A stretch of DNA of 63,016 bases, the filler included, from Lenisia limosa (lineage: Eukaryota > Protista > Breviatea), in assembly GCA_001655205.1 (NCBI GenBank). It is 17 parts of 17 records of this genome, joined end to end, with 100 filler letters (N's around TTAATTAATTAA, not from the genome) between each part and the next. Parts side by side here need not be neighbours in the genome. Positions count along the whole stretch, not along the records: positions 1 to 2,845 come from LPNZ01002760.1; positions 2,946 to 7,602 come from LPNZ01009197.1; positions 7,703 to 12,300 come from LPNZ01005157.1; positions 12,401 to 14,229 come from LPNZ01010631.1; 13 more parts are not named here. The stretch is one strand, 5' to 3'. Of this stretch, positions 1 through 12,439 are shown one piece after another (the stretch's first letter is position 1; each line of letters starts with the position of its first letter). A program made the position numbers and the translations under genes. The notes beneath the pieces are model-generated. The model saw only the letters and a list, made by a program, of their open reading frames with translations, was not told where the DNA came from and did no database searches.

Positions 1-87
1 TGGAGAGGGGAGGGGAGTAAAACGAAGGAAATTTCGATGAAGAATATTGGCGCAAAGGTACTAATCACAGTTTGATTGATTCTTCAG

Positions 88-144
88 GATGTGCTGAGTC
101 ACTTCGGCGCACCACAGAATAAGGAAGAGCCCAAGAAAGACTAG
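88..144 (+). CDS. Terminal exon of an upstream gene (DVLSHFGAPQNKEEPKKD*)
   Basis: Acceptor ttcttcag at 80-87 followed by 18 codons and TAG; other frames are closed. Positions 1-87 look like the preceding intron with a G-rich 5' end. Confidence 0.5.
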   Translation, partial: DVLSHFGAPQNKEEPKKD

Positions 145-651
145 AGCCGTGTTTGTTTCTTTATGCATCTTGTTTCCCCTGATACAGCTGTTGAAATAAA
201 TGGTAATCAACATCTGCAAAACACAAGCTTTGCCAACGCGACATTGAAAAATAGTGTGTGGAAATGAGATAGAAATGATTCCACAAACATTATTAGTAGG
301 TTTATTATAATATTGCTCAGCTCACATAGTGTAGCAAATATCATATGGTTACAACTCTGTGTACAGCTTTCTGCGTGGCTCCTTAATGACAAAAGTGTTT
401 CCACACATTATTAGTAGCCATACCTCTCAATCGGTGCAAATTCAGCATCCACTCTACCGGGTGTTTCTGTGCAATCGGTTTGTCATAGTATATAGACTAT
501 CAGAAAACAAAAAATAGTACATATATTATACTGTTATATGATACTGTATGATATATGATATAGCATGATACATAAGTGTGGTAGACAGTTTGTGTTTTCT
601 AATGTCACCCAATTAATGTGATGAACGATTTGTTTTATTTCCACACATTAT

Positions 652-2820
652 TCATAATGTCCTCAGCTCAAGGCTTTTGACGAAGAAATCGAAGGCTTCC
701 ACCAGCGGATCATGTACTACGAAAAGGCAATGATCAATGAACTGAGGGTCAATTGCATCCTCTTCCTCCTTTTATCGGAAAATACGATTGACAGCATTGG
801 GACTCTATTTGACTCTTGTCTATGAAGTGATACATTATAATGAGAAAACGACGAATAAAACAAGTAAAATTCGGACATTTCTTTTTGAACAAAGTTGAGA
901 GTCCGTATAAGTTTGCTCAAACATAATGGAAAGCGGAAATGGAATTCAGAACCTCAGGGCATTTCATGAAGATCCATTGACAGACCTGACTTCAGGAGAA
1001 AGGTAGTAGCCTAGAGCAAGATAAGACAAGCTAAACTAGTCACCCAAACAATTTCTTAAGTCCTCCCCACCTCTTTCATATCTTCAAAACCGTAGGTTGC
1101 TGAAAGGCGTCAGAAAGAATAATGAAATATAACGAGTAGGGTTTCACTTCGGTTCGAAAAATCAAGGTAAAATATCGATAGCTTCGAAGATTTATCGAAA
1201 AATTCAGTCTTTTTTCGAACCGAAGTGAAGTCCTAATAATGAGTCAGAGCGAAAGGTTCCTCAAGCCCCTCCTCCCTACCTTCAAAGAGAACCTCATAAT
1301 CAATCTTGGGATGGTCTTTCATTTCATCACTCTCGGCTACCTCAGCAAAGAGCGAGTTGCCAAGATCACCGCCGCTATGTCGTCATAATTGCACTCCAGC
1401 AAAGGCCACGTTCAAGCTCTTGTCCCACTACCAGTTGGGTCTATTTGAGCCCATCTGTCACCACACCCACCAACTGGTCAGGATAGATCCAAAACTGGTG
1501 GTCCTCCATTGTAAAGTCCGTCTCAAGGCCAAATATGAACTATGGTGTCAAAATGGCGTCAGCGCATAACAATTTGGCATAAGATGGACGTAAGACCTAC
1601 GTCACGGAAGACTGGGCATTGGCCGAGTTGGATGGAGTGATCCGCAACTATCGCATCCAGGACCTGAAAATGTCAAAATACCACATTCTGCTGCACTCCC
1701 CACAGCGAACCTTCTGCTGCACTCCCCACCACAACGCACCTTCTGCTGCACTCCCCACAACTCACCTTCTGCTGCCCACTCCCCACAACGAACCTTCTTG
1801 TTCTCACTAATGAACCGAGCTCCNNNNNNNNNNNNNNNNNNNNNNNNNNNNNNNNNNNNNNNNNNNNNNNNNNNNNNNNNNNNNNNNNNNNNNNNNNNNN
1901 NNNNNNNNNNNNAGCAAAAGCATATACTTACATTGTTGGATCAAGATTTACACTAGCTAGCTAGGCCAGTCGTTACTCGCTCATATGACCATTAACACTG
2001 TTATCCACTTGCTATGCTTGACTACTGCGATGAATCGAGAGTATTAGGATCCATACAAGTGTATAAGAAAGAGATTTGTTGGCCATTTACCAGCCACCTT
2101 TTTAAGGTTTGAAGCAATGAACTCCAACAGAGTGGGTTCTAGATTTTGGAAGTCATTCGATCGGTCATGACTATCTCCAGGCTCTTTAATTTCTTCGAAA
2201 CTAAACGTATTGCCTTGAAATGTCAAACGATCAACCAAAAATTATCCAAGTACCCCCCCCCACTATGAAGTGCGAGGGTCTCGAGGTTTGTAGCGTTGAT
2301 TCCGAGGTTCTTGATGTCCTACTACATGAAAACTACTTTTATGTTGATGCAACAAGATTAATTATGTTTTTAACTCTATTATTCGATCATATCATATCAT
2401 TTTCTCACCAATTTAGAATATTATAATACTTGTATCTATGATATAGTATTATATTATATCATATCATATTAATAAAAATGCAACACTGAGTATTAAGGCC
2501 AAAGTCACACTCCCCAATACATTATATCATACTATAGTACAATATCATATATTATTAGATACTCTCTATACGGAAGAAAATGAAAAAAGTGTCATACTTG
2601 GACGTTTATCATGTCAACAACATCGTCGGCGTTAGTCAGGCGAAGCTCTAGAAGCTTATCACTTGCAAGGAGAATGGGTCCTGGGGAACAGGCAATTCTA
2701 GAGGGTCAAGATCAACAGTCAATCATCGATCCCGGTATCACTCATTATCCTGATATCATCACCATCACCATAATCATCTTCCTTAAGTCCACCTACTCGG
2801 AGGGGTATTTGTTGAGAAAA
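652..2820 (-). CDS. Uncharacterised multi-exon protein, 3' part
   Basis: GT-AG bounded exons read FLNKYPSE, GPILLASDKLLELRLTNADDVVDMINVQ, DIKNLGINATNLETLALH, KEPGDSHDRSNDFQNLEPTLLEFIASNLKK, VLDAIVADHSIQLGQCPVFRD, FIFGLETDFTMEDHQFWIYPDQL and a terminal EEEDAIDPQFIDHCLFVVHDPLVEAFDFFVKSLELRTL*. May or may not continue the RRM gene across the linker. Confidence 0.6.
1137..1235. mobile_element. MITE family M, subfamily a (~100 bp)
   Basis: TIR ggg(c/t)ttcacttcggttcgaaaaa...tttttcgaaccgaagtgaag(c/t)cc, TA on both sides. Further full or partial copies near 8883, 15998, 22995, 29640, 29745, 43425, 43960, 46262, 48030, 58670 and 62870. Confidence 0.85.
1685..1805. repeat. Tandem ~27-bp repeat (CTTCTGCTGCACTCCCCACAAC...) x4-5
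   Basis: Directly visible imperfect tandem units. Confidence 0.85.
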
Positions 2821-3024
2821 CTGCAAATGATAGCCATCATTGTATNNNNNNNNNNNNNNNNNNNNNNNNNNNNNNNNNNNNNNNNNNNNTTAATTAATTA
2901 ANNNNNNNNNNNNNNNNNNNNNNNNNNNNNNNNNNNNNNNNNNNNGGGGGGGGGGGGGGGGTTAATAAAGATAAAAAAACACCCACTCAAAATCGAGATT
3001 ACGTAACAATGAATATCCCCCCAC

Positions 3025-6000
3025 CCGAAAGCCTTGCAGTGAGAGAGATTCGGCCGATATCGCCAAGGGCTACTCCACCCTTCCCTTCGTCCAACAGATC
3101 TGAGGTCTTTTCCGAGGCTACTAACAAATCGTGCTGCTCCACTAGCTCAACCTGAAATGTAACTCATTTGTGAAAATGAGATAGCGGAGTAACAGCCTTC
3201 AAATACTGAAACTCAAAATAGGAGGGGTCACCGGTTGACCAGGGGGAATAACAGTCAAATAAAATACCAAAACCGTCATGAAAAACCCATTTAACATCCT
3301 ATGTAACGCATACTTGGATTGCGTCGTCCATAAATTTGATTTGGTGCAAGCTTTTGACCGCATTTGCTATAACGATAAGAGAAGTAGGTGGGTGGGGGCT
3401 TCGTTTTATTTTGCCCAAAAAGCCCCATCTCGGTTTGAACCGGAGCATAGTAGACTAAGCATCATTTTACCAGTCTTGTTTGTAATATAATATAAGACAA
3501 AAGGTACAGCTACGTCAAGGCCCGAACCAAATAGTATGAATCAGTTGCCAGCAATTATACAATGTGCACAAACAACAAAACATTCTCATAGCGCTAATAG
3601 TCCAAAACTGACACCAGCGTGAAGCCCCTCAAACAGGCATCGTACGGGTTAGTGTACTGGATATAGGCCCAACTGGACGCCTGACCTGGGGGGTCAGAAA
3701 AAAGGAAGAAAACTGCCTTCAATCGCAAGTGAGACGTATTCGAAATCCAAGAGCCCCCCCCCCCCCCAACCCCGGNNNNNNNNNNNNNNNNNNNNNNNNN
3801 NNNNNNNNNNNNNNNNNNNNNNNNNNNNNNNNNNNNNNNNNNNNNNNNNNNNNNNNNNTGTAAGATGGAAAAATTATGAAACAAAAGACCCAAAATCAAC
3901 TCGCTGGCAACACACAAGAGTTGATAACAACAAAACAAACAAAGCCAGGCTGCAACACCGCATCCCATCACTCCAGCGTACGTAAAATAGAAAAATTTAT
4001 GAAACAAAAAAGCCCAAAATCAATGAAACGAGGGAAATTTCAATAAGAATACGGCGTAAAGGTATTAATCATGAAGCAAAAAAATCTGTAACACCAAGCA
4101 AAAGCACCACATGAAAACTAGACTTGAAAACAAGATGACACAAACACANNNNNNNNNNNNNNNNNNNNNNNNNNNNNNNNNNNNNNNNNNNNNNNNNNNN
4201 NNNNNNNNNNNNNNNNNNNNNNNNNNNNNNNNNNNNNNNNNNNTAAACCTGGGGGAGCAAGGAACTATTCTGGAGTCATCCTGAGGAAGGAATAATACCC
4301 CACCACTCCCAACCGATCTGTTTTGCCTCAATTTGTCCATATTGACCTCGAGGGATTTCACTGACACTAAAGGATCAGATGTGAACCGAAGAGGATCACG
4401 TGCTAAAGACCAACCAGATCGGAAGATCAGGAAGACAGTTTTAAGGATTATTTGCTCTTTTTGACCAAAATCCTTTGGCTCGGAGGCCAGCTCCACCCAC
4501 CAGTGCGGTTGCCGATTCTCGAGCCAGTCACAGCCACTGCGCGCAACGCAATATCCATGTCGTCAAAGGACACGAATCCAATTTCTGGGGGAGGGGGGGT
4601 GAATTGCTAGGGNNNNNNNNNNNNNNNNNNNNNNNNNNNNNNNNNNNNNNNNNNNNNNNNNNNNNNNNNNNNNNNNNNNNNNNNNNNNNNAAAAGCACAC
4701 AAACGACCCTCTCCACCTTTGGAATATCCTTTGGAGTTAACAGGAATTCGGACATCAGTGATATGGCCAGGGTAGCATCTGTTAAAGTACCTGGGGGAGA
4801 AAATAGGTAAAACGAAGGAAACATGGTCACTGATTACAACCAATATCAAGGAATCGCGAAGTAAACAATCCAAGAGGTATCGAATAGAACCATATCACTC
4901 CTCACTTATAAAGGTCATCCTCAGTCAGCTCCTCGTCCAGGTTCAAAACACGGACCGTGCACAGGTCCCGCCTGTATAACTCCTGGAGGCGAACTATCGG
5001 GTTAGAAAATTATTAAACAAAAATAAACCCCAAAATCAATTCTGCTGCTAAGCACCTGAGAGAGAGCACATGATGGTTGAAAACAACAAAAAAGCCTTGA
5101 CCAGTCGCGGAACAAAATACACAGATCAGATAATCGATTTTGCATCTCTGCATCCCAAAAAAAGACTTCAAATAAAAACTACGTCCTCATCACCAGTCCC
5201 CTGCCCACTTTCTTCAATTTCCTGACCGGACATTGCTGGTGGTGATCTTTGCCGTTCCTCTTCATACTGTTCTCGGGGTATGGGACTGGGGGATCTGGGG
5301 GGGTATGAAATAATCAGCTCTGTTGTCAAAGCATTTGAGAACACAGATGGTTTAACATGATATTAAAAAAACAAGAAAGCAAACTCCACCTGCACTTACT
5401 ACCCCATATGCTTGCTTGTCTGAGATTGCAGATGATATATTGATAAAGTTTCAAAATGTTATTCTGTTTCAGGGTAACAAAAGACGCTTAAACAATACCG
5501 CCCCTTTTTAGATGTTCGCACCTGCTACTATCCGATTCCGACTCGGCCACGCGGTGACCGGCCTGCTTGTGTCGCCGCGAGAACGTCATTTCCCTCTGTC
5601 CAGCCGCATCCTCCACCTAGGGTGTCAATCTGAGGAGCAGGAGAAAGTGAATAGATTGTGGGTGCTCCTGATCCAAATGACCAAAATTTCCAAACATAGC
5701 AAAAAAAACCCAAGAAGGGGTGAAGATGAGTAAATGGTGGGAGGAAGGAGCGAGGAAGATATTTTGCAACTATGTTAGCAGTTATTGCATAAAGCCTAAG
5801 AAGTCACCCTGAGTGGTCTTGACTGGCCACTGAAGTACATATCATGAATCTGACCATTGTAGGAGAACATATGGTATGCTACGCCCAAGCTGCATTATAA
5901 GCGTGATGGTGACATAACCTTGTATTATTTCTCATATCACCCGTGTTAGAATGGCAGCCAGTATTTAATACTCTCTAATAATCGATCCCAATAAATGACT

Positions 6001-6859
6001 GAACTCGATAAGCTCTCGAATATCCCGATTAATCACCCTTAAATGTTGACATTTTTCGATCTATTTCCTTAGTTCTCAGTTATTGTTGCGTATGAAAATG
6101 ACGTCTTGTAAATGTATAATATGAGCCAAATAACTGTTCACAACATTTTGCGTATATCGATAACATACATAAAAATATATGAAATTTATGCAGCATAATG
6201 AGTGACGCATATTCAAGACGATTCATCAAAACATACTACAAACTCTGATTGGGAAATTAATGGACCCTACAGCTCAATATGCTGTTGTGTTCTTCTGTGT
6301 ATACTAAGGCTTGGAAGAGAGGAAGAAGAATAAGAGGAAATGAGGAATAGCTATGTAGCAAAGAAAATGAGTGAGGTGAAACTTTGCTCTATGTTATAAA
6401 GAGGAATCATCAATTTCCCTCTTAAAACTTGAGCCAAGGGTTACAAGACCAGAAGATTAAATAGAAGAGTATTTTTAAGGAAATAATTCATTGAAAGGTC
6501 CCGCAGACACTTCACCCAGATCTGAACCCAGTAATACTCCAACATCAATCATCCACGCTTACCAGTTCACTATCATCAGGGTTGCGTCGTCTCTTCTGTG
6601 CTTTCAGCTTCCTCTCCAAAGCTTGAGCCTGGAGAAGCTCCCTCAGATCAGATTTCCTGAGAAGGTAAAGTCTGCAGGATATTTAATAGTTACCTACTTC
6701 ATTGTATATCAGAAATACGTCTTAAGTGAAAGAAGGTAGGGTTAGAGATCTAAAGCAGCATTTGCAACTTAGAAAACAGTTCCCCTTTTTGCTTATAAAA
6801 GGCCTATTTTTATTTAAATTTCAATTATTGCTGTACTCCTTCAGTAAAACTCTGCTCAT
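3025..6859 (-). CDS. RRM-domain RNA-binding protein (5' part; at least one full and one partial RRM)
   Basis: Joined exons give LCTVRVLNLDEELTEDDLYKYFNRCYPGHITDVRIPVNSKGYSK-IGFVSFDDMDIALRAVAVTGSRIGNRTVSVKSL, with RNP2-like TVRVLNL and RNP1-like IGFVSF. A second RNP1-like WAYIQY lies at about 3610-3685. Proposed start MSRVLLKE/LYLLRKSDLRELL is phase-compatible. Confidence 0.8.
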
Positions 6860-7313
6860 CTGTTTTTGAGCCAATTGTGAGCACCATAAAAACAATTTCT
6901 TTATATAGTTACGGATTTAGTAATAGACTGGATTTCCTATTGATGGTTTGCAACCCCAGGTCATTTTTTAATAATCCTTCAAATTTTCCCCATCCGCCGC
7001 CGGGTCCTCCTCTCTGGTTCCAGATAAGAAGATGAAATCGGAGTTAGACCCGCCGGCGAACAGGAAATTCAAATTTTCATTTGAAATTTGAAATTTTCCC
7101 GCACCCAGCCACAATACCAGGACTAAACTTAACGTTATTCAGCTATTGTATGCAAAGGAAAGAGGATAAAAAGAACTTGCAGCAAAGATATCACAGACAA
7201 CAATTCCGAATCACGGAAGTCCTCCTCTTTTTTGTATATAGCAACAGAAGCTGAATCGCGCAGAGACTGCACAAAGGAAGCAAATACACTCAATTTGAGT
7301 GGAACAGGCCACA

Positions 7314-7523
7314 ATGGTAAGGACGGTCTCCCTCCTCTTTCTCACTTCTGCTTGTTTGAGTGTGAAGACCCGTTGTCCTCTTCTGCTTGTTTTAGTGTCC
7401 AGACCCATTGTCCCCAATCTCACAGTCTTTAGGAGCTCTTCAGCCCGGCAGAGTTCGGCCAAATAGACCGGCTCCATGAACTGCTTAAAACACACGCTGA
7501 CATTTCGATCAAGAACTTTGTGG
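7314..7523 (+). CDS. Ankyrin-repeat protein, 5' end (truncated by linker gap)
   Basis: ATG then gtaagg; exon 7433-7523 reads ELFSPAEFGQIDRLHELLKTHADISIKNFV(G), which fits the ankyrin consensus (A..G.ID.+..LL...ADI..KN..G). Confidence 0.6.
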
Positions 7524-7949
7524 GTATCTGCTTGTGTATTCATATTTAAAGTTCCAAGGTATTCTGATGCTAATGATAGCTTCTTCTCGTTTTATTTGTG
7601 GTNNNNNNNNNNNNNNNNNNNNNNNNNNNNNNNNNNNNNNNNNNNNTTAATTAATTAANNNNNNNNNNNNNNNNNNNNNNNNNNNNNNNNNNNNNNNNNN
7701 NNGGGGGGGGGGGGTAAAATTAGAAAGTTTATGAAACAAAAACCCCAGAATCAACTTCAATGTGGTAGTTAGAGTGCGTGCGTAGGTAATAAAAAATACC
7801 CTGTAAAAATTTGAGTTCAAGCCGGTCGATATGATGTTGCTGTTAACACTCTTTTAATCATTTCAGTCTTAAATTCCATCATGTAACAAAAAGCCCTTTG
7901 TGAATGAGTAAATGACAGCACTGGCTAAAACTACAAATGTACTGATCTC

Positions 7950-9340
7950 ACCTCTTGGCCCAAAGCCTCCCATCCTGCTTTTGATGATGCTGGTTCGACT
8001 TCATCGCCCTGGATGGATAAAGATTCGTCACAATTCAAATATTTGCACAATAGAAATGAAATATGAAAGATATATCACGTCAAATTAGCCCACAGTATCA
8101 CAATTAGATACTACAAGCAGATCACCCCAAACATGTACCTTACAACAAATTCCAGATAGTTTTCTGCTTGCCCCCCCNNNNNNNNNNNNNNNNNNNNNNN
8201 NNNNNNNNNNNNNNNNNNNNNNNNNNNNNNNNNNNNNNNNNNNNNNNNNNNNNNNNNNNNNNNNNNNNNNNNNNNNNNNNNNNNNNNNNNNNNNNNNNNN
8301 NTTTGTGAGTTTGGTAGGCTGAAAGAGGCTATACAGACCGCGATAAGTCCTGATTCGATAGACTAGCGATAAAGCTCAATATCCGCGTCAGGACTATCGC
8401 GGTCAGTGATTGTCCCAAAACTCTTGATCTCGACATTGAGATGCCCCCCCCCAATCCTCGATATTTAACTTGTAGATGCTAGACCCTCACATCTTCTGCT
8501 TGAGTAGCCTGCCTCTTTGGCTAAATCCTTGTGAGAACATGTGNNNNNNNNNNNNNNNNNNNNNNNNNNNNNNNNNNNNNNNNNNNNNNNNNNNNNNNNN
8601 NNNNNNNNNNNNNNNNNNNNNNNNNNNNNNNNNNNNNNNNNNNNNNNNNNNNNNNNNNNNNNNNNNNNNNNNNNNNNNNNNNNNNNNNNNTCATATAGCC
8701 CAATTAGATATAAAAAAAACATATAATGGTGGATATATACATACAAAACAAAACAATCATGAACCCATCAAAATGAAAACCAAGTTTTATTTCAAGAGGA
8801 ATAGTCCGCACTTTCCCCTGCCTTCAGGTCTTTACCATCGTTTTCCCAGCAGTCATGCCTCATCAACTCGTATGGTAATAATTAGGGCTTCACTTCGGTT
8901 CGAAAAAGACCGGTAAAATATCGATAGTTTTTGACAATTTATCGAGAAATTCAGTCTTTTTTCGAACCGAACTGAAGCTCTAGTAATAATTGACCAACAT
9001 GTCCCAAGGTCCCATTTCTTGTCCCCCATCTCTCTCTCACCTCTGGTTCCTGTGAAGCAACGTGTCTCTTGGCCTGGAGGAGTCAGAGTTCGTTTTAAGC
9101 GTATTTCATATTCCTGATATTCTTCCGATATCGCTTATAAGTGTGATGTGGACAGCTTCGGTCACATTATTTGAATTGAAGAGGGCGCGAATGGGATGAA
9201 TGATGAAATGTTATGATAGAAATAAATCTATAAGGAGAAATAGAAAGACAAATCTGATGGCCATATTGGTATCACATTCATGTAAAAAATGCCAGCAGAG
9301 TCTATCGAAGCTAATTGGCAAAAATCAAAACCGTCTAGCA
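7950..9340 (-). CDS. Uncharacterised multi-exon protein, 5' part
   Basis: Phase-compatible exons AKRHVASQEPE / LMRHDCWENDGKDLKAGE / RFSQRGRLLKQK, later GDEVEPASSKAGWEALGQE. Start codon uncertain. Confidence 0.5.
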
Positions 9341-9692
9341 TCAACTTGATAGTACAAGAACAGGAGCAGGCAAGAGCCGAGCTCAAGTTCTGTATTTCTA
9401 TCCCACCATTGTAGAATTGAGATGGAGGGTTGTGGGACTGTTGAGATGGGTGAGCTTGCAACGAAAAGGCGCGCTCTATAAAATGTAGCGTTCTCCAAGG
9501 AATTTGCCGATATATTTGTCCACAAAATATATAAAAAAATAAGAAGAGAAAGAGGAAAAGAAAAGGGAAACGCAAGAGAAACTAGAGAAACGAAAAGAGA
9601 AAAGGAGGAGAATATATAACTGATGTAACTAATGTAAAGCTTTTTGTTCACTTCATTTTTCTCTTTCGTTAAAGTATGGTTTGATGGGCGGA

Positions 9693-12086
9693 ATGAACGC
9701 ATTCTGGCTTCTGCTGCTCGTAACCACAGGGGTGATAGCGTCCACCTACAGTAAGCACGGCTTTGGGTTCCGACAGATTGGTTCTCGCGTCCTTTTCAGT
9801 TTTACCCCTAGATTGCGGCACAAACTACTATGTAAACCCCAGTTTTGAGGACGGAACGAGCTATTGGTTTGGTCTTCCGGTGGTCTCATCAAATTCCCTC
9901 TATGTAAGCGGAGGTTCTGGCGTTCCTCTCCCTGATTTTCTGTCAATATTGACAGTGTAATACTGTGGAACTGGTAATTCCCATCCTGCCTTCTAATGCT
10001 GCTCTTACCGCTTCAGACAACTCTCACTGGCAAGTATGCCACCCAAACCCGGATTTTCAACTTGGAGTGTAAGCTGGAGTGAATAAGAAGGGTTACATGG
10101 AGTATTTTATGGCCAATCAAGCAGTTGACCTGTTTCGGGGTGCTATGATGTCTCTTGGCAAAATGAATGTTTGGTCTTGATTAGATGTTTGATTGTCGTC
10201 TTTATTCTCAATGGCATCATTTTCGAAATGAAAGAAGCAGAATTTTGGTTTTTCAATCCCAACATGAGGAGGAAGGCCATGAAATCACAGAATTTAGCTG
10301 AAACCACTATGACTCTTGAGTTGGACTACTATCTCTACACGTCATCTGTCACAACTAATAAGGTGGGGGTCTTAAGCATGGCTTTGTGCAGAGGGGGGAA
10401 AAGCTGTCTCAGATTTTGTATTAGAGGCGTCATTAATGAAAGGGGTATTGTTGATGGAGGGACATATACTTTGATTCATGTATAATATATACCCTTAGGG
10501 ATTCCATAATTACTAATTAACTTGATGCTCTTCCACTCCTGATAACTCTAATCGGTATAACGTACACAAACGATGGCCTGACCCCTTACCTGGTTCTCTA
10601 ATTTGGTTTTGGAAGTTTTCAAATCCATGATTTCGTCTGAAATTCGAAATTTAGCTTTCATTGTCAAAAATGAAATTCGAATCCGAGCTTACCCATAGGT
10701 TACTTACGAGTTCTGTAAGGACGGCGATGCCTGTTACTATAGGTACGGCTACCTCACAACCTTGTACCGCAATTTGGTGAGGGGGTTCCAAGTGGGGTTC
10801 AAGTGGGGTTCAAGTTCTGCAGTGGGTACTAAGTGTCCAACCTAAAAGCCCTCCCCCCTGTAAGTTTGGTTGGTTGTTGTGGGAGTAAGGTCTTCCTGAG
10901 TTATGGGGGGCTTGGAGTATTCTGTATGATGTATGAAAAATTTGGGGAGGCAAAACTGTGTGCAGAGAGTTGTAAGGCAAATGATTGGGTGAATTAGTAT
11001 AATTCAATATCTTTTATAAGCGTGGTGGTGTGGACGGCTTCGGNNNNNNNNNNNNNNNNNNNNNNNNNNNNNNNNNNNNNNNNNNNNNNNNNNNNNNNNN
11101 NNNNNNGTTCCCCACTTAGAGTAATCTGGTGTAGTACAAGCGAACAGAAACCCTCACTCCCGGTAACTGGCGCATCAATACACGAATTGACTTTCGAAGC
11201 ATCCGAATCTATGACGTGTCAATGGAACTGAATTGTCTGCTGGGTGAACTGGATTCTCCCCTTCACCCCATTTCCCTTCCTATGAATGGGATGGTGCCGA
11301 ACGTGCAATATGATTGGGGCTCACTTCGGTATGATACTTAACACATATTTTTGAAGTAGAGCAATTTGGCTAGAAATTAGTTTTTGAACCTTACCCATAT
11401 CATGTCAAGGCAGTTGATATGATCTCAGATTTATTGAAGATTGATCGGGGTTTCTTATAACCTTGGTTTGGTTTATTGTTGTGGGTTGTATTTAGGTGTC
11501 CTGTGTGATTTCTCATTCGGTGGGTGTCGGTGTTTCACATTTCTTTTTCTTATCGGAGGGAAGTACTAATGAGGCGATCAGAAATTGAAACACATTACAT
11601 GTCTCATTTCAATTTCCGTCATCTAGATTAGGTTGTTCATCTCCGCCCGTTGTCCCGGCAAGTACCTTAAAATACGCTATGCCAGGAGACCGGGTGACTG
11701 TATACGGCGAGTTTCAAATCTTCGCAAGTGCTTTGGTGAGTACTTTTCTTCTTGTTCTTATTAATCACATCATCATTCTTATCATCATTTCTTCTTCATC
11801 TTCGTCATCTCCATCATCATCTCCATCATCATCATCATCATCATTAATCAGCAACATCTTCTATTTGTACCTATCTTGTTTGAACCTCACCGTTTAGGCC
11901 AAAATGGTGATTGTGGACCCCAATGCTCCTGCATTCACCTACACTGTCTCCATATCACGAGCCAAGCCCAACTCCCTCACTTTCGTCCTTCCCACAACCT
12001 TTATGGCCGACATGGGCAAGTCTGGAGTGACTGCCACCACTTACTTCGACGTCATCCCAGTGGTATCGACGTGGGATGGGTTGTGA
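9693..12086 (+). CDS. Secreted protein with NPSFE (CBM-like) N-terminus and IPT/TIG-like C-terminus
   Basis: Signal peptide MNAFWLLLLVTTGVIAS; exons CGTNYYVNPSFEDGTSYW, VTYEFCKDGDACYYRYGYL, RTETLTPGNWRINTRIDFRSIRIYD, YAMPGDRVTVYGEF, and terminal ...SRAKPNSLTFVLPTTF...STWDGL*. Confidence 0.7.
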
Positions 12087-12439
12087 TGTTAGGACTTCCC
12101 TATGGTCCGAAAAGACCTTCAAAATATCTGTCTAGATATTCTGTCTTTTCTGACTGAAGTGAAGCCCAAGATGCGTGATATGATAATATGTCCGACTTTC
12201 AAGCTTATATTTACGAGTGATCATATGACAGACATCCCAAGTACCATAGTATAATTGAGACTTGTCGGTCAATAATCATACGAGTGGACAGTACTATGTT
12301 NNNNNNNNNNNNNNNNNNNNNNNNNNNNNNNNNNNNNNNNNNNNTTAATTAATTAANNNNNNNNNNNNNNNNNNNNNNNNNNNNNNNNNNNNNNNNNNNN
12401 ATACACACACCACACAGCAGCCGAGGCCAAACACGTCAC

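Noticed and set aside
666-747. Plus-strand exon LKAFDEEIEGFHQRIMYYEKAMINELR
   Set aside because: Overlaps a minus-strand terminal exon that fits the surrounding gene; probably an antisense shadow, though not excluded.
1141-1160. GGTTCGA B-box or tRNA-like motif in many places
   Set aside because: Part of the MITE-M TIR; no cloverleaf or A-box.
1306-1569. In-frame stops suggesting an alternative genetic code
   Set aside because: Short GT-AG introns remove most of them, and conserved genes (PRPF6, TTLL9, qRRM) read cleanly in the standard code.
2890-2901. TTAATTAATTAA palindromes at regular context
   Set aside because: Always centred in 100-nt N runs; an artificial six-frame stop linker.
6540-7543. 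Cyclic-nucleotide-binding domain (LYLLRKSDLRELL, FLFAGGSNSDF, FMEPVYL)
   Set aside because: The supporting pieces are better explained as 5' UTR and as the antisense of the ankyrin exon.
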